From Lepidodermella squamata (Eukaryota; Animalia; Gastrotricha), in contig JBLDXI010000010.1 of NCBI GenBank assembly GCA_047495785.1, positions 2,480,001 to 2,544,000 on the forward strand: a stretch of 64,000 bases of DNA, in the 5' to 3' direction. Position numbers and translations under genes: made by a program. The notes beneath the pieces were generated by a model. The model had not been told where the DNA came from, searched no databases, and saw only the letters and a program-made list of their open reading frames with translations. This document shows positions 48,001 to 59,780 of this stretch, one piece after another (positions within the stretch are counted from its first letter, which is position 1; the number at the start of each line of letters is the position of its first letter).

Positions 48001-51000
48001 GTTTTCATGGCCAAAAGTAAATAAGCAAGAAGAAGAACAAAAAGAACAAATATCGCTAAAGCTAGCTTAAATTCAATTTAAGAAATGACGGCTGACTTGT
48101 TGCGGTGGATGACCCAGATAGAGAGATTAGGTGAACAGTTGCGAGACGAAGAGCAGGCCAAATTACGTGTGGGCTCCGTGCGAGTTTGCAAGTACCCGAT
48201 TGATTATTTCGCCTTGGATTTTCTTGCCAATCTGCTGTATAGCAGATAGACTGCCATCGGGGACCGGAAATTTCATAACATTTTCTACGAGGTCACTGGC
48301 CATTCTTGGGGGCCCATCTCCCTTTCTTCTACACCTTGCAAGTTTCAGCTTGGGGTCGAGCACTCCCATGGTCTTGACAACGATTGGAGCATTAGCTCAG
48401 TCTCAGCGATTTGAGCCATCGAAACCAGTCGACAGACGCATCAGAATCGCCACCGCCAGGCTTGCATTGCAAGTAGCCGTAGTATAAGAATACAGACCGT
48501 GTCAAAATGACGGTGAGCTGCAGGTCAGCACCCGGCGATCGCGCCGATTCGATATCAGATGATACACGCCAGAGAACAACCCGGCTAGAAAATATTCCAT
48601 GTGAAAGAATATTATCAGTTAACAAAGCCTATTCCAATAAATAATGGAATTATTAGCCATGTTAAATTTTTTTAGTATTACTCGCGGGATGTTGTCGACA
48701 ATGTCCAACTTCAAACTAGCGACTAGCCTTATAAACAATTTGGAATCCAATCACTCATTGATTACTAAATTTGTCTGCAATGTTTCGCAAGTCGCTTGCC
48801 GAAACTTCGTTTTTTCAACATTTGAAGATTCATAAAAATGACAAATGACAAAAACACTAATTACCATGTTCTCGTTTTTCTTTTAGGTCTGACTGCGAAT
48901 GGCATGGCAGCGGCGTTGCTGCTACGGCCCGTCAAAAACTCGTCGGCCCCGCGGCGGCGGCCTCGCACGAAAAACGCGCTCGACCGCGTGCGCGAGATCC
49001 AGCGCGAAGTCGCCGGGCTGCCGCCCCGCGCCGACTCGGACGCGTCGCTCGCCTCGCGCGAGGAGGCGCTCGAAAAGTGCCGCCAGATGCGCCTCAAAGC
49101 ACTGCAGTCCGAGTCGACGGCCGGTTCGCTGGCGCAGTCCCGCTCGGATCTCGCGTCGATCGCCCCGAGTGAACTCGTCGAGAACCCGAAACTGCGAGCC
49201 CCGTCTGCGCCGCCAGCCGTCAACCCGGACGACGACCCGAGCCCGACGCCGCCCCCGGCCATCTTAGTCAACCCGGCTGACTCGGTGCCCAAGTCGGCGG
49301 CGGCGGACGACAACAACCCGCCGACGGAACCCGGGTCGCCGAACCCGGTGTCGAACGACGAGCCGTCGTCGTCGGACGCGGCGCAGGAGTCGATCACGCG
49401 GTTCAAGGCGCAGCTCATGAACATGCCGATGAACCCGAACTTCGCCGCGCGGCAGCACTCGCGCTCGGAGCGCTCGTCGTCGAACGCCTCGCCGCGTTCC
49501 GGTTCGGTGGCGTCCGTGCAGCCGACCGTGAAATCGCGGGCGCAGATGCGGCAGCAAATTGCCGATTCGGCGAATAAACAACGCCAGTTCAAGGTATGTT
49601 TCAGATGGACATTTTCGTCGACAGCAATATCCGATTTGTTTTCATTCATTCATCATAATCTCAGGTCCAGTTGATCCGAGAAATCGTAAATATACTTTTA
49701 TTTTCCTCTTTTCAATGTTGTGTTACGCTTGTGGTCCCTAGACAATTTAGTTGTTGCAATTTAGTTGCTGCGATTCTTGAGAGGGTATTTTTAGAATGCA
49801 CAAATTAGAACCCTTGTTTTAGCGGGGAGGATGCATTTCGACTTGGCAAGTTCACAATTCCGTCGATTTGATGAATTTCCATGTCTTCGTCAGAGGAATA
49901 CTGCGCTTCAATGTTGCCTAATAGAATCCGAATCCCAAATTATTCCGTTTGTTCTCAAAATAAAATCAACTTTAAAGCGATGGATGCTTTGCAATCGAAG
50001 AAATCGAAATCTTAGCTAATTCGTGTGATAGATCTGACTTCATAGGCGTTTCAAGGTGCCGTCAACTAACCATTTTGTATTTTTGGCTTTTTTTACTTGA
50101 AAGTCGATGAAACTCTAGCCTGGATATATCTTTATTAGAAAAGCTAGCACGAATGAAACATAGGAATCATGCGAATAGCGAATATGTCTCTAGAATGCGA
50201 CTAGGACAGGATTTACGGTTCATTTTAATTTATGCGAAATCCAAAGTTGATTGAGAACTTCTTAGTTTTTCAAATCGCCAAATTTATTGGCTTATGGAAT
50301 TTTTCAATGGAGAAGAACGAGGATAATGCCAGTTAATAGCTACGGGAATGATCTTGGAACATCTTGGAACTGAACCAAATGTGAAATTCCGTAGATTTTC
50401 GAGCTTGGTTATTTTTAAGTTTGAGGCACGCTAGATTTGATAGACCAAGTAACGCTTGATTGAACGTGATTGCAATTTTCTTCATCATTAACCATCTCGT
50501 GTTATCTTTTTCAACTTCGTTTCTCTATGTTGAAGTATTTTTCAGAAATATTTTGATGTGCTTTCGATAATAGCATATATTTGATGAAATTTTTGAATGT
50601 CATGATAGGTGACGCGGAATGCGGTGCCGAATGCGAAATCGCTGGGCGGCTCGCGGTCGAACTCGATCAGCCGCGGCAAGGCGACGCCGGTGACGGTGCC
50701 GGGCGCGGCGTCGGCGGCCGACCTGTCGCGCCCGCTCTACCGCATCGACATCATGTACGGCCGGTCGATCACGCACCTGCCGCGCTGCCAGAGCGAGGCC
50801 AACATCGAGGAGTACCGCGCCGGCGCCATTCAGGTGCCGCGTGACCCGCCGCCGCTCAACTCGCTGCAGTCACAGTCTCTACTGCCAGGTTTGTCGTAAC
50901 TGCTGCAACAGTAGTACAGTGAACGTTGTCTAAACCGGGCAATTTCGTGTGGCTCCATCCGAAAGTGTCGACTTCACATATTAATTTTATGGTCCAAATC

Positions 51001-53414
51001 GGACTGGTGGTATAAACCAGTGGTTTAGGCTTGAAAAAAGTCAATTGGAGAAAATGCAGGCACCTGACTGACATGAGACATCTGGAAAAATTGTGCGGAG
51101 AACCCCGAATTCAGCCCGAATTCACTGAAATCTAGTGCTAAAGCCCTGAATTTACACTCAAAACTATTGAATACAATTTTTTCTGTGAATTTGTTTCAGG
51201 CGACGTAGAATCTGGCGGGAAATCGCGTGGCGGCAAGTCGTCGGGCTGCGTCGACGCCGTGCACCGCGCCCTGCTGCGCGTCGTGCCCAAGCCGCTGCTG
51301 GACCCGCTGCGCCAGGTGATCGACCCGGCGCTGTTCACCGACTCGGCGTTCATCCGCATGGCGCTCGGCTCGGCCCTGTGCATGATGGCTGTACCCCTGC
51401 CGTACTTCGTACTACCCTGGCGCGCGCTCGTGCTGCAACCGCAGCGGCTCGACGAAGACCCGACGTCGCCGCTGCTCGCGTCGTGCCTCATCTCGATCAT
51501 CGGCGGCGCGTCGATGGCGGGTCGGCTCGTGTCCGGCTTCGTCGCCGACCTGCCCAACATGAACGTGCTGCTGCTGCACAACATGGCGCTGCTGGTGACG
51601 ACGGTGGCGACGTTCATGGCGCACATGGCGAACCAGTACGCGGCGCTGTGCGTCTACGCCGGCATCTTCGGCTTCTGCTACGCCTTCCACATGGCCCTCG
51701 CGTCGACCGTGCTCGGCGAGGCGGTCGGCGTCGAGCGCCTCACCTCCGCCTTCGGCCTCGTCACCATCTTCCGCGGCCTCGCGCCCCTCTGCACCATCCC
51801 GCTGTTGACGCTTCTACTAGGCGAGGTGAGTCCTATTGATCGGTCATTGATTGATCACTTACACTCTAGATTTTGTTAAAATTATGCGCTCGTGCGCGAT
51901 GATGTCGAAATGAGCAGTTAGATTTTGTTTGAGATTTTTGCGCATTTTGTTGCATTTCCTGCTCTTGTTTCGCTGTTGTTCGTCCATTCGACGTTTTATT
52001 TGGCAGCGAGACTGCGGCATACGGGCTTTTATTTTCAAGAATAATATATCAAGAATAAGTTCACAGCAATTCAGCATTCAACCACCAATATTGAGTGAAT
52101 ATTGACACAAATCTCGTCCTTTGTAGTAATGAGGGCCTCTTCCTGGGCAACTCGGTTGCTCTTTTAATGGAGCTTGAACTCCATAGCTACTCAGCTGTAC
52201 TACTTCGCCAACCTTAATAAGCTTGTCGTCAGAATCGTCACCAGTTGTTCTGCTGAGATATCAGGTGTTATCGACCCTTGGTAACAATTTGGAAAAAAAA
52301 TGGAGAAAACAACTTGTGCATTTTTACACATCCAAAAGCTATTTACATGCATACAGCCGAAAGTGTCTAAAATTACCCAGTAGTTCGAAATGAAATGATG
52401 TAGCTAGAGAACCAAATTGATAGGATTGAGTCGATTTTCTAGCAAAGAATGTTGAACATTTCTTTAATTTCGATTTGATAATGATAAGCCCATTAGTCAA
52501 CACCATTACCGATATGAGTCAGGTTTCGAGTCGCCTTAATAGCGAAAAAGTTCTTTCTGCGGAGCAAGTAGTAACAGGCAAAGTGCACGAGATGTGAAAC
52601 AGAACAGCCAGATCCGGGGGAAGGCGTTATCTGCACGACAATTCATGACAGTTTTCGGCAAATCTCTCATGGCAATTTTAGAACAAAAACCTTACCAACG
52701 ATGGAATTCAGCTTTGACATCAAATCGTGAAACCTGGTGACCGTTTTCAGGATCTTTCAAAATTCAAAAGTGTGACCAGTCGCGAATTCATCGAACATTT
52801 TCAGTTGATAAAAACAGAGCCGACCTTTTTTTTTTATTTATTTATAGCATATTTTCGGCACCGCACAGATGTCAACAGTGGTGGCCTAGACCTCTAACCA
52901 GCTAATTGCGTGGCTTTTTAGTTCTCGCAACTATGAAAATAACTGAACCCGATAGAAAATGCGCGACTTTTTGAAGTTACATCGTTATTAATTTTGGTTT
53001 GAATTGTCAAACTAAGCCTTAATTTCATCATTTTTTCATCAGGCGAGCTACTGCGTGGCAGAGAAAGACCTGGGCCAGCCGCTGCTGTGCCGCCCGCTGC
53101 CGGCCAACTCGATGCCGCGCGCGCCGAACTCGGCCGACAAGACGTGGTGGGCGCTGGTGCCGCACCCGCCCGCCAACGCCGAGACGCTCGCCAACCTCTC
53201 CGACCCGGCCAGCATCACGAACGGCTACCGGCGCGTGCTGTGGCTCAGCGGCTCGCTGCTCTTCGTCGCGTCGGCGCTGTTCGCGTCGCTGCACCTGCGC
53301 CCGGGCGGCGGTCTCACGGCGACGGGTAACCCGCCGGCGACCACGCGCCAGAAATCGGCCTCGCAGTCGACGACGCAATCGACCGTGGCGAGTTCACGAC
53401 CGGCAGCTGCGTGA
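45029..53414 (+). CDS. SLC16/monocarboxylate transporter family MFS protein (exons 45029-45379, 45806-46122, 47005-47450, 48887-49593, 50609-50888, 51200-51825, 53043-53414)
   Basis: PDGGWGWVVV signature, YFELNRALAMGIALCGSGAG, RPLYRIDIMY loop motif, GVERLTSAFGL. All splice phases are consistent. Confidence 0.9.
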
Positions 53415-54286
53415 CGTGTCAAACGGCGTGATGACAAAAATTGAATATTTTTTTGTTTCTGCTCGAATTTTTTGTGGTGACTAAACTGCTACAACAAACT
53501 GCCGCCTCAAATATTATTGATTGAAATTGCTCCCTTGACGTGTGAATTTTTTTTCGAGAGGTTTTCCTTATGTTGTTTTGTTTCAAAGTAATAATAATGA
53601 TAATAATGACGAAAGGTGCGAAATTTTCTTGGTAAACTAAAATAATTATTATTGGCGTGTTGTAAGTGTCTCCGATGAAATGAAGCCATGTGAGTGCGAG
53701 TTATTCATACCTACGTTGACCATCGCTGCTCATCATGCAACTTTCTTCCGCTGCCGTCTCTGTGCCAGTTTGTCTCCTCCTCCTCCTTCTTCTTCTTTTT
53801 TGTAGCTTTCGTTCGTTCGATCGCCCCCGGCTGTAAATAACTACCCGACTGTACGGCAAACCTGACTTGCAACTTGAATGTGCGAGATGATGAGAATGAA
53901 TGTCTATATATTTACCGGCTTTATGTTTCTTATGTATTGTCCGTGCCTTGCTCGAGGCACCTTTCAAAAACCTATTGAAAAAGCGCTGATAACGAGATGG
54001 TGACGATAATGAATAAAAATATCAAAAATTGCAACTTGTGGCATTTTTCATAATTTCTTTGTTTGCCAATTGCAAATTGTTGAATCACGGACACAGAGTC
54101 GAAATTTTGGCATTATTTGAGCAAGAATCGGGTTACAGCTTCGTGGCTTGGTAACCAAGCAGGTAAGTGCAAAGCGTTAACAGTTGTTACGAAGAAGAAA
54201 AATATGGCTGAATTCATCTTTTTATTTGATTTTTTCAAAGCTGTAACAAAACAGGAATGATAATTGGCACAATATTGCGTCGTCAA

Positions 54287-55575
54287 TCACTTTTTCTTAG
54301 CGCCAACGGATGGCCTTCCGCGAGCCTTTTGCTCCGACTTTTGAGCTTGCTTAATCGCACCAAGAACAGTCTGGCATTTCGCCATCAAAATTTTGATAGA
54401 TTCCACCATCAGGACATTTGGTGGTAAGGCGCCAGTTGACTCGATCGAAACTGACGAAACAAAATAATTCAAAAATGAACTCACTGAAACTCGCTGAAAG
54501 CCTTACATAAAAAGTAATCCTTCCTCTTGGTCATTCTCACTAAATCTCGCAGTTCATCGTGGCGGAAAACCTCCCGGCTTCCAGTATCCAGCCGCGCATT
54601 TGCAACTTCAGCCTTCCGATCATCGCCATGACCCGTCACCTCGATGACACCATCAGAGAAGCAGGCCGCTAATTTATCAGCCAGTGAACCAGTTACTTCC
54701 TGCAGCAGTTCGATTTCGGGTAGCAAGCGGTAAGTTGCGGTGGCGACTGGTGAAAATTTGGCATGATCTTTGCCAAGACCTTTAACGCAATGCACTTTTA
54801 GATCGATCTCGTGACCGGGCCGCATTTTCGCAATTAAAATGTTATCCTCGACAACACGAGGCGTTGCGTCGCCACTGAACAGCTCAGCTTGATTGCCAAT
54901 CGGCTTCCACGTCAAATTACCGCTGTACACCTTGTGGTCAAGGTACAACTCGTCAGGATCTGTTGATTTAGGCGGGGCGGCCGGGTTTTTCTTGCAGCGA
55001 ACTTTCAACTTGAACACGAGATGCTCGTTCGGTTTCGTTTCTAACGGATCTGCTTTTGGATCGTCATTTTCTGTCTTGAAGTCGAACTTGCGAGGGTCTG
55101 CGCGGATTGGAATTAAGCCGAGACGATGAGCAAGAACCTCGTCTTGAATAATAGATGTGTTGTTTTTGATAAATACTTTCTCGATGGCCATCGTCGGGAC
55201 ATCGGCAAGCAAAATGCGGCGGAAGGCGTTTGCCAGAGACGGATGGCATCCTGAAAGATCAAATTCACAGTCCAGGCCCTCTAAACGAGTGATCTTAATC
55301 TCCAGCTCCTAAATTTCCAATAACAGATTACGAAATTTCGCTCCAACAATTTAGGCCAAACCTTTTTGAATTTATCCAAATCTAGTGCATCATCGATGCC
55401 TCGGAAGGTACCAGGAAACATAATATCGTGGGGCTGAAATATTCGGTAAAACGCCCGGTTATTATGATGCTTAAAACACATCGCTACTCACGTTTTCGAC
55501 GTAATGCTCCTTAATCGTGGCATATTTGCGAAATATATCTGAGCCCCAAGCTTCTGATCCTTCATCTTCGCTCAT
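54287..55575 (-). CDS. POLR1C: RNA polymerase I/III shared subunit AC40 (exons 55575-55492, 55433-55362, 55308-54507, 54450-54287)
   Basis: ANAFRRILLADVPTMAIEKV..NNTSIIQDEVLAHRLGLIP, GKDHAKFSPVATATYRLLP, FSIESTGALPP. Confidence 0.96.
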
Positions 55576-55780
55576 TGTTGTTTCTAGAACAAAGTAAGTT
55601 TGAATTAAATTTAAGAGTAAACGTGTTAATTTGAAGTCGACAGATGTCCTATAGATCAATCAATCACGTCAATAATCATACACAAGCCAAAGACGGTTGG
55701 AGGAGTCCTGCTCGCCGGCCATGTTCATTTCAAGCTTGAAGGTCAAAGTCATAGCCAAACTAAGTGAGTAGGAAGGGTAA

Positions 55781-55986
55781 TGTATGAGAGCCCTTGAAGT
55801 GGATGAATCCGGGCTGGCACTCAAGAGTGCAAACTTGACCAGCCGTATCCCCAGGTCAATAGCTCGGGGCGACCATCTAAATTTATCCTTCTACCCTCGC
55901 ACAGAGCACAGTGGCGCAACTCTTCTGAGTGTAAAGCCGCTGAGCAAGAAAAGCAATAAAACCTCTTAGTAGTGAGGTTATTTACA
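55781..55986 (+). mobile_element. Possible LTR remnant
   Basis: TGTA...TACA ends, AATAAA at 55955 and a purine-rich tract just upstream. No target-site duplication or second copy seen. Confidence 0.25.
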
Positions 55987-56263
55987 ATCGAAAATCCAAT
56001 AAAATTTTATTGCTTTTCATGCGGACAGTCTCATATTTCATATGTAACGCGTCTACAACCCACCAAGGGAAACAGCGCAAAGCGCAAAACACTGTTAAGC
56101 TTTGACGTTTCTGCTTGGATAGCACGTGGAAAATTCAAAAAGAACCAAACTGGGAAAAATTAGCGCGCTCAAGTTTTTCACAATATTAAAGATATATAAC
56201 GCATTGAGCTCACAACATAAAATTTAAAATTAAATTAAATTAAAATTTTATTTAGAGTCCCTG

Positions 56264-56278
56264 GTAACGCTTGGCAAC
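56264..56278 (+). promoter_or_regulatory. Candidate RFX X-box upstream of RSPH9
   Basis: gtaacgcttggcaac matches GTNRCC-N0-3-RGYAAC with one mismatch and overlaps a second ggtaac half-site; about 150 bp upstream of a ciliary gene. Confidence 0.4.
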
Positions 56279-56420
56279 TCGACGCTAGTGGCGGCGGGTC
56301 CATATTTCTTCAAGTTGCGACGTGTTTTCTGTGAGCCTCTCCGACATCTAGTTGATTGCGACTACTTTTCCCCATCTAACAATTGCCATTCTGTATTATA
56401 GATATTAAAACACTGTGAAC

Positions 56421-57278
56421 ATGGGTATGCTAGATTATGAAGACATCACTTCCAGCGTGGACAACTTTGGAACGGCTGGAATTGTGCTGTCGCCTGAACA
56501 AAAAGCAGCTCTGCAATCATCGCTTATTCTTCTGAAAGATCAAAATAAATTCTCCAATTTGTATCTTTGGGGTAGAATTTCCGGCGTCTCTGATGACTAC
56601 TTTATTGCGGTCGGTTGTGGAAAAAATGAATTCGCCGAGAAGAAATTCTTCTACGTTAAGTCGCGAGAAGAAAAGGAGCTGCTAATGCGCTGGAAACTTT
56701 TGACTCCCGCTACAGACGTTGATCGGAACAAATTCAAGTATATTTTCGGCAGATTCACTGGAGATCCTTCTCATGAATTCGAATACACTGAAATCGTCAA
56801 AACAGGTCAAGGCGACGATGCTCAAGAAGAGGAGCAAACCATGCAGTTGAAAGAGGAGAATCGCCTGGCTGTGGCGATTGAGACGATCAATCGAGAAGCC
56901 GTAATTGTTCCCATTGGGGCGTTTATCCGGACTCCAACTGGTCAGGTCGTCAAAAACCGCAGCTGGGAAGGATTACCTGTGGCTGAAGCGGCTAAATTGA
57001 GTTCGTATTTCCATTTCCGCGAGGCAATTAACCTTGTTCGCAAGAACCCGATTGAGCGCGCCAACCTGGACAAAGCGACACACTTCATGGACACGATTGA
57101 AGATGACGTGCCAAAGGGCAAATGGAGCCTGCAATTCGAGCGCGGCAGTGCTATGTGCATTCTGAAAAATTTGGAATGGCCTGGCTACGTATTCTATCAC
57201 CAACCAGCTTCACGAAAGTTCGGCTCGCTTTACTGGGGAACTGGCGAGCGCAACATGGATCTCCCATTCATGCTCTAA
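56421..57278 (+). CDS. RSPH9: Radial spoke head protein 9
   Basis: LWGRISGVSDDYFIA, GRFTGDPSHEFE, LKEENRLA, C-terminal GTGERNMDLPFML; single coding exon. Confidence 0.95.
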   Translation: MGMLDYEDITSSVDNFGTAGIVLSPEQKAALQSSLILLKDQNKFSNLYLWGRISGVSDDYFIAVGCGKNEFAEKKFFYVKSREEKELLMRWKLLTPATDVDRNKFKYIFGRFTGDPSHEFEYTEIVKTGQGDDAQEEEQTMQLKEENRLAVAIETINREAVIVPIGAFIRTPTGQVVKNRSWEGLPVAEAAKLSSYFHFREAINLVRKNPIERANLDKATHFMDTIEDDVPKGKWSLQFERGSAMCILKNLEWPGYVFYHQPASRKFGSLYWGTGERNMDLPFML

Positions 57279-57570
57279 CTGCTAGATTTTAGTCTCCATA
57301 GGAAAAAATCGTTAAAATTTGAAAACGCATTGATTTCAATGAATCGATAGTTCGTCACGGCATCTCTTTGATTAATTCGTCAATGTGATATGTATGAGCA
57401 TTCATATTAACCTCGATGAAATAAAATGAAACGCTTTATCGGAAATGATTCCTTCATGGTAGCAGACAAAAGCGGGTTTTATTACCGGTCATAGAAGTTT
57501 ATACAAAAATGAGTGAGAAACTGAACATGATAAAATTGTCAAATGTTGTCAATCGTCAAATCGATCGCAG

Positions 57571-58027
57571 CTACGCGCATGAAAGACATAGCACGACTTC
57601 GTCGCTGTTTTGGTAGCTGGATATAAACAAACAATTAGCCCAAAAGTTTCATTATTATCTAAAAATCTAACCAGATAGAAGAACAAACTCGGCAAACAGG
57701 CAAGTTGCAGCTTGAGCATGGCTGCATGCAGGTGGAGCACGCCAATCTGTCGCAACGACTGCAAGATTTCGCAGAAATTTTCGAATGAGCCTCGTCGTGT
57801 TTCAAACAATAAGAGCAAGCTTTGATAACTAGATCCTCGGTGACTTTCGGCTCCGACTTGCTCGTTTGATTTTTGGCACTGGCCATCAACCTGGCCATAG
57901 CACTCCCAGGACCACTGCCAACACCTCGTTCAGACCATTCGCGAGCTCTAACTATGTGTTTTCTTTCGTGGTGAGATGAATTTGCAACGTTATCTTTCAC
58001 GCTGATATCTGCCAACTTGCGCTTCAT
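57571..58027 (-). CDS. SIVA1: SIVA-like zinc-finger apoptosis regulator (exons 58027-57672, 57616-57571)
   Basis: Series of CxxC motifs; splicing a 55-nt intron gives ...CRVCSSICYQNSDEVVLCLSCA*; N-terminal VRAREWSERGV resembles SIVA. Confidence 0.7.
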
Positions 58028-58151
58028 CTTACTTGGTAAAAAAATCTAAGATAAAAATGAAAAGTGATTTAAAATATTTATTCACGGCCACCATTCCGAC
58101 TGGAAACGGTCTCCTTCAGCACCGCAAAAATGTTCAGCTGTCCCGCGACAT

Positions 58152-58284
58152 TTACTTTGATCGCTGACGCATCTTCCTCCTCTTCTTCTTGAGGCGACGC
58201 ATTCTAGGGTAATAAAAAAGATTAGATATGTAAAACAATATGTTTGGACATTGTATACCTCTTTTTACGCCATTTCGCGCGCAT
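58152..58284 (-). CDS. RPL41: Ribosomal protein eL41, copy A (exons 58284-58259, 58203-58152)
   Basis: Spliced translation MRAKWRKKRMRRLKKKRRKMRQRSK*; 55-nt GT-AG intron. Confidence 0.96.
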
Positions 58285-58465
58285 TGCGGTGAATCAAAGA
58301 AGCACTTGGCTCAAAAGGTTAAAAACCTAAGAGAAAGAAAACAGCAAAGTGAATTATGATTAAAACTGAGCAGAAAGCCGAGTTATCATTTAATATAAGA
58401 CGCTCGTTCTCATGCAACAAACAGAGGCTAGCAAAGCTTCCGTCGGAACCCAGCAGCAGCGCCGT

Positions 58466-58602
58466 TTACTTGGATCGCTGACGCATCTTCCTCCGCTTCT
58501 TCTTGAGACGACGCATTCTAAGTGAGACGTTGCGAATTACGAATTTGCATGGGAATAGTAACAATGAATTTCATACCTCTTTTTACGCCATTTCGCGCGC
58601 AT
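58466..58602 (-). CDS. RPL41: Ribosomal protein eL41, copy B (exons 58602-58577, 58517-58466)
   Basis: Same 25-aa peptide with synonymous differences; 59-nt intron at the same position. Confidence 0.96.
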
Positions 58603-58753
58603 GTTGCGAGTCGATGAAAATCACGGAATCAAACACCAGACGTAATGTAACGTCCTACATAAATGAGAAACAGAATAATAAAAATATGCTAAAAACTCTG
58701 ATTGATTTATCAGCTATTTAGTTTAAGGTTTCGAAGTAAAAACTGGCACATGG

Positions 58754-59096
58754 CTATTGCCCTCCAGAAACTCGTTGAACGAATCTTTGTGAAATGAACA
58801 TGGCAACTGGAAGAAAGAAAGAAATGATAAATCACAGAGTCAACCGCTGATCAGAACGTACCATCAATGAATCGTTCCGTGCAATTCGCCAAGCAAGTTT
58901 CAGTTTTTGAATTTAATGAGGAGCTTGGCTTATCAGGGCAACAAATCTCAAAGCAAGTGCTAGTCATGCGAGAAATATTTTGATGAATTTGAGCGCGCTG
59001 AGTTTCCTCTTGAATCATTCGTTGTAAATCCTCCTGACTATGATCAGCAGGTGATGATCGTGCAGCTGGGTTGAAATTAAAATCGGCTTTCACCAT
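58754..59096 (-). CDS. TIMM8: Mitochondrial import small Tim chaperone Tim8 (exons 59096-58862, 58806-58754)
   Basis: Twin CX3C (CFEIC...CLANC), LQRMIQEETQR, ERFID|VAMFISQRF. Confidence 0.9.
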
Positions 59097-59780
59097 AATT
59101 GCGTCAATATTTCTTTGACCTAGAAAGATATGTCAAATGATTGAACGCGTTTAAAACAAAGAGGGTGTGCCAAGTCCCTGGGATCATCGGACACTCTAAC
59201 ACTATGTTAATGCCGCAACCAACAATAAAGCATAGAAATGAATGTGAATGATGAATGGGAAAGTCTAATCGAATTCCATCTCTGACATTCCTGACTGAGT
59301 GAATTCGGTGCGCACAACTCACTTCAACGCGTCCGCGATGCTCACGGCAAAAAAGCGCGGAGCACGTGCCCCGGTAATTTACACAAATTTCGATCACATC
59401 ATGTGAAATATCCATTTAAAATTGTTTATTTTTCGCATTACATTATCAGTAATTTTATATATGTGAGAATAATTGATGTTAACTCCGCGGGATTTTCTCG
59501 CAAGCTCCTCCTTATGCTACGACTCCCGGGGCCGAGTTCTCAGCGGTTTTGGCTGGCCTCTTGGCAGCTCTGGATTAAGCCAAATCGGTGGCAACTAACA
59601 GAAGGCACTGAGGCACTGTGTACTGTGTATATCTCATATTGCCGATTTGGGTTTTATTTAATTTCAAGTTTTGTCGGTGGAGCGAAAAGCGAAATTCATT
59701 CGTCGTTTTCTTGAACGGGAATGGTCTTTCTAATAGCTTTCTGTCTTTTTTAGACTTTTAGCATTTTAAATTTCGCAGAG

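Noticed and set aside
48131-48625. ORFs nested in SLC16 intron 3
   Set aside because: Short, broken by stops and without recognisable motifs; possibly a decayed repeat but unsupported.
48861-49649. 262-aa antisense ORF and similar shadows over SLC16 and GTPBP1 exons
   Set aside because: Expected by-product of very high GC3 on the coding strand.
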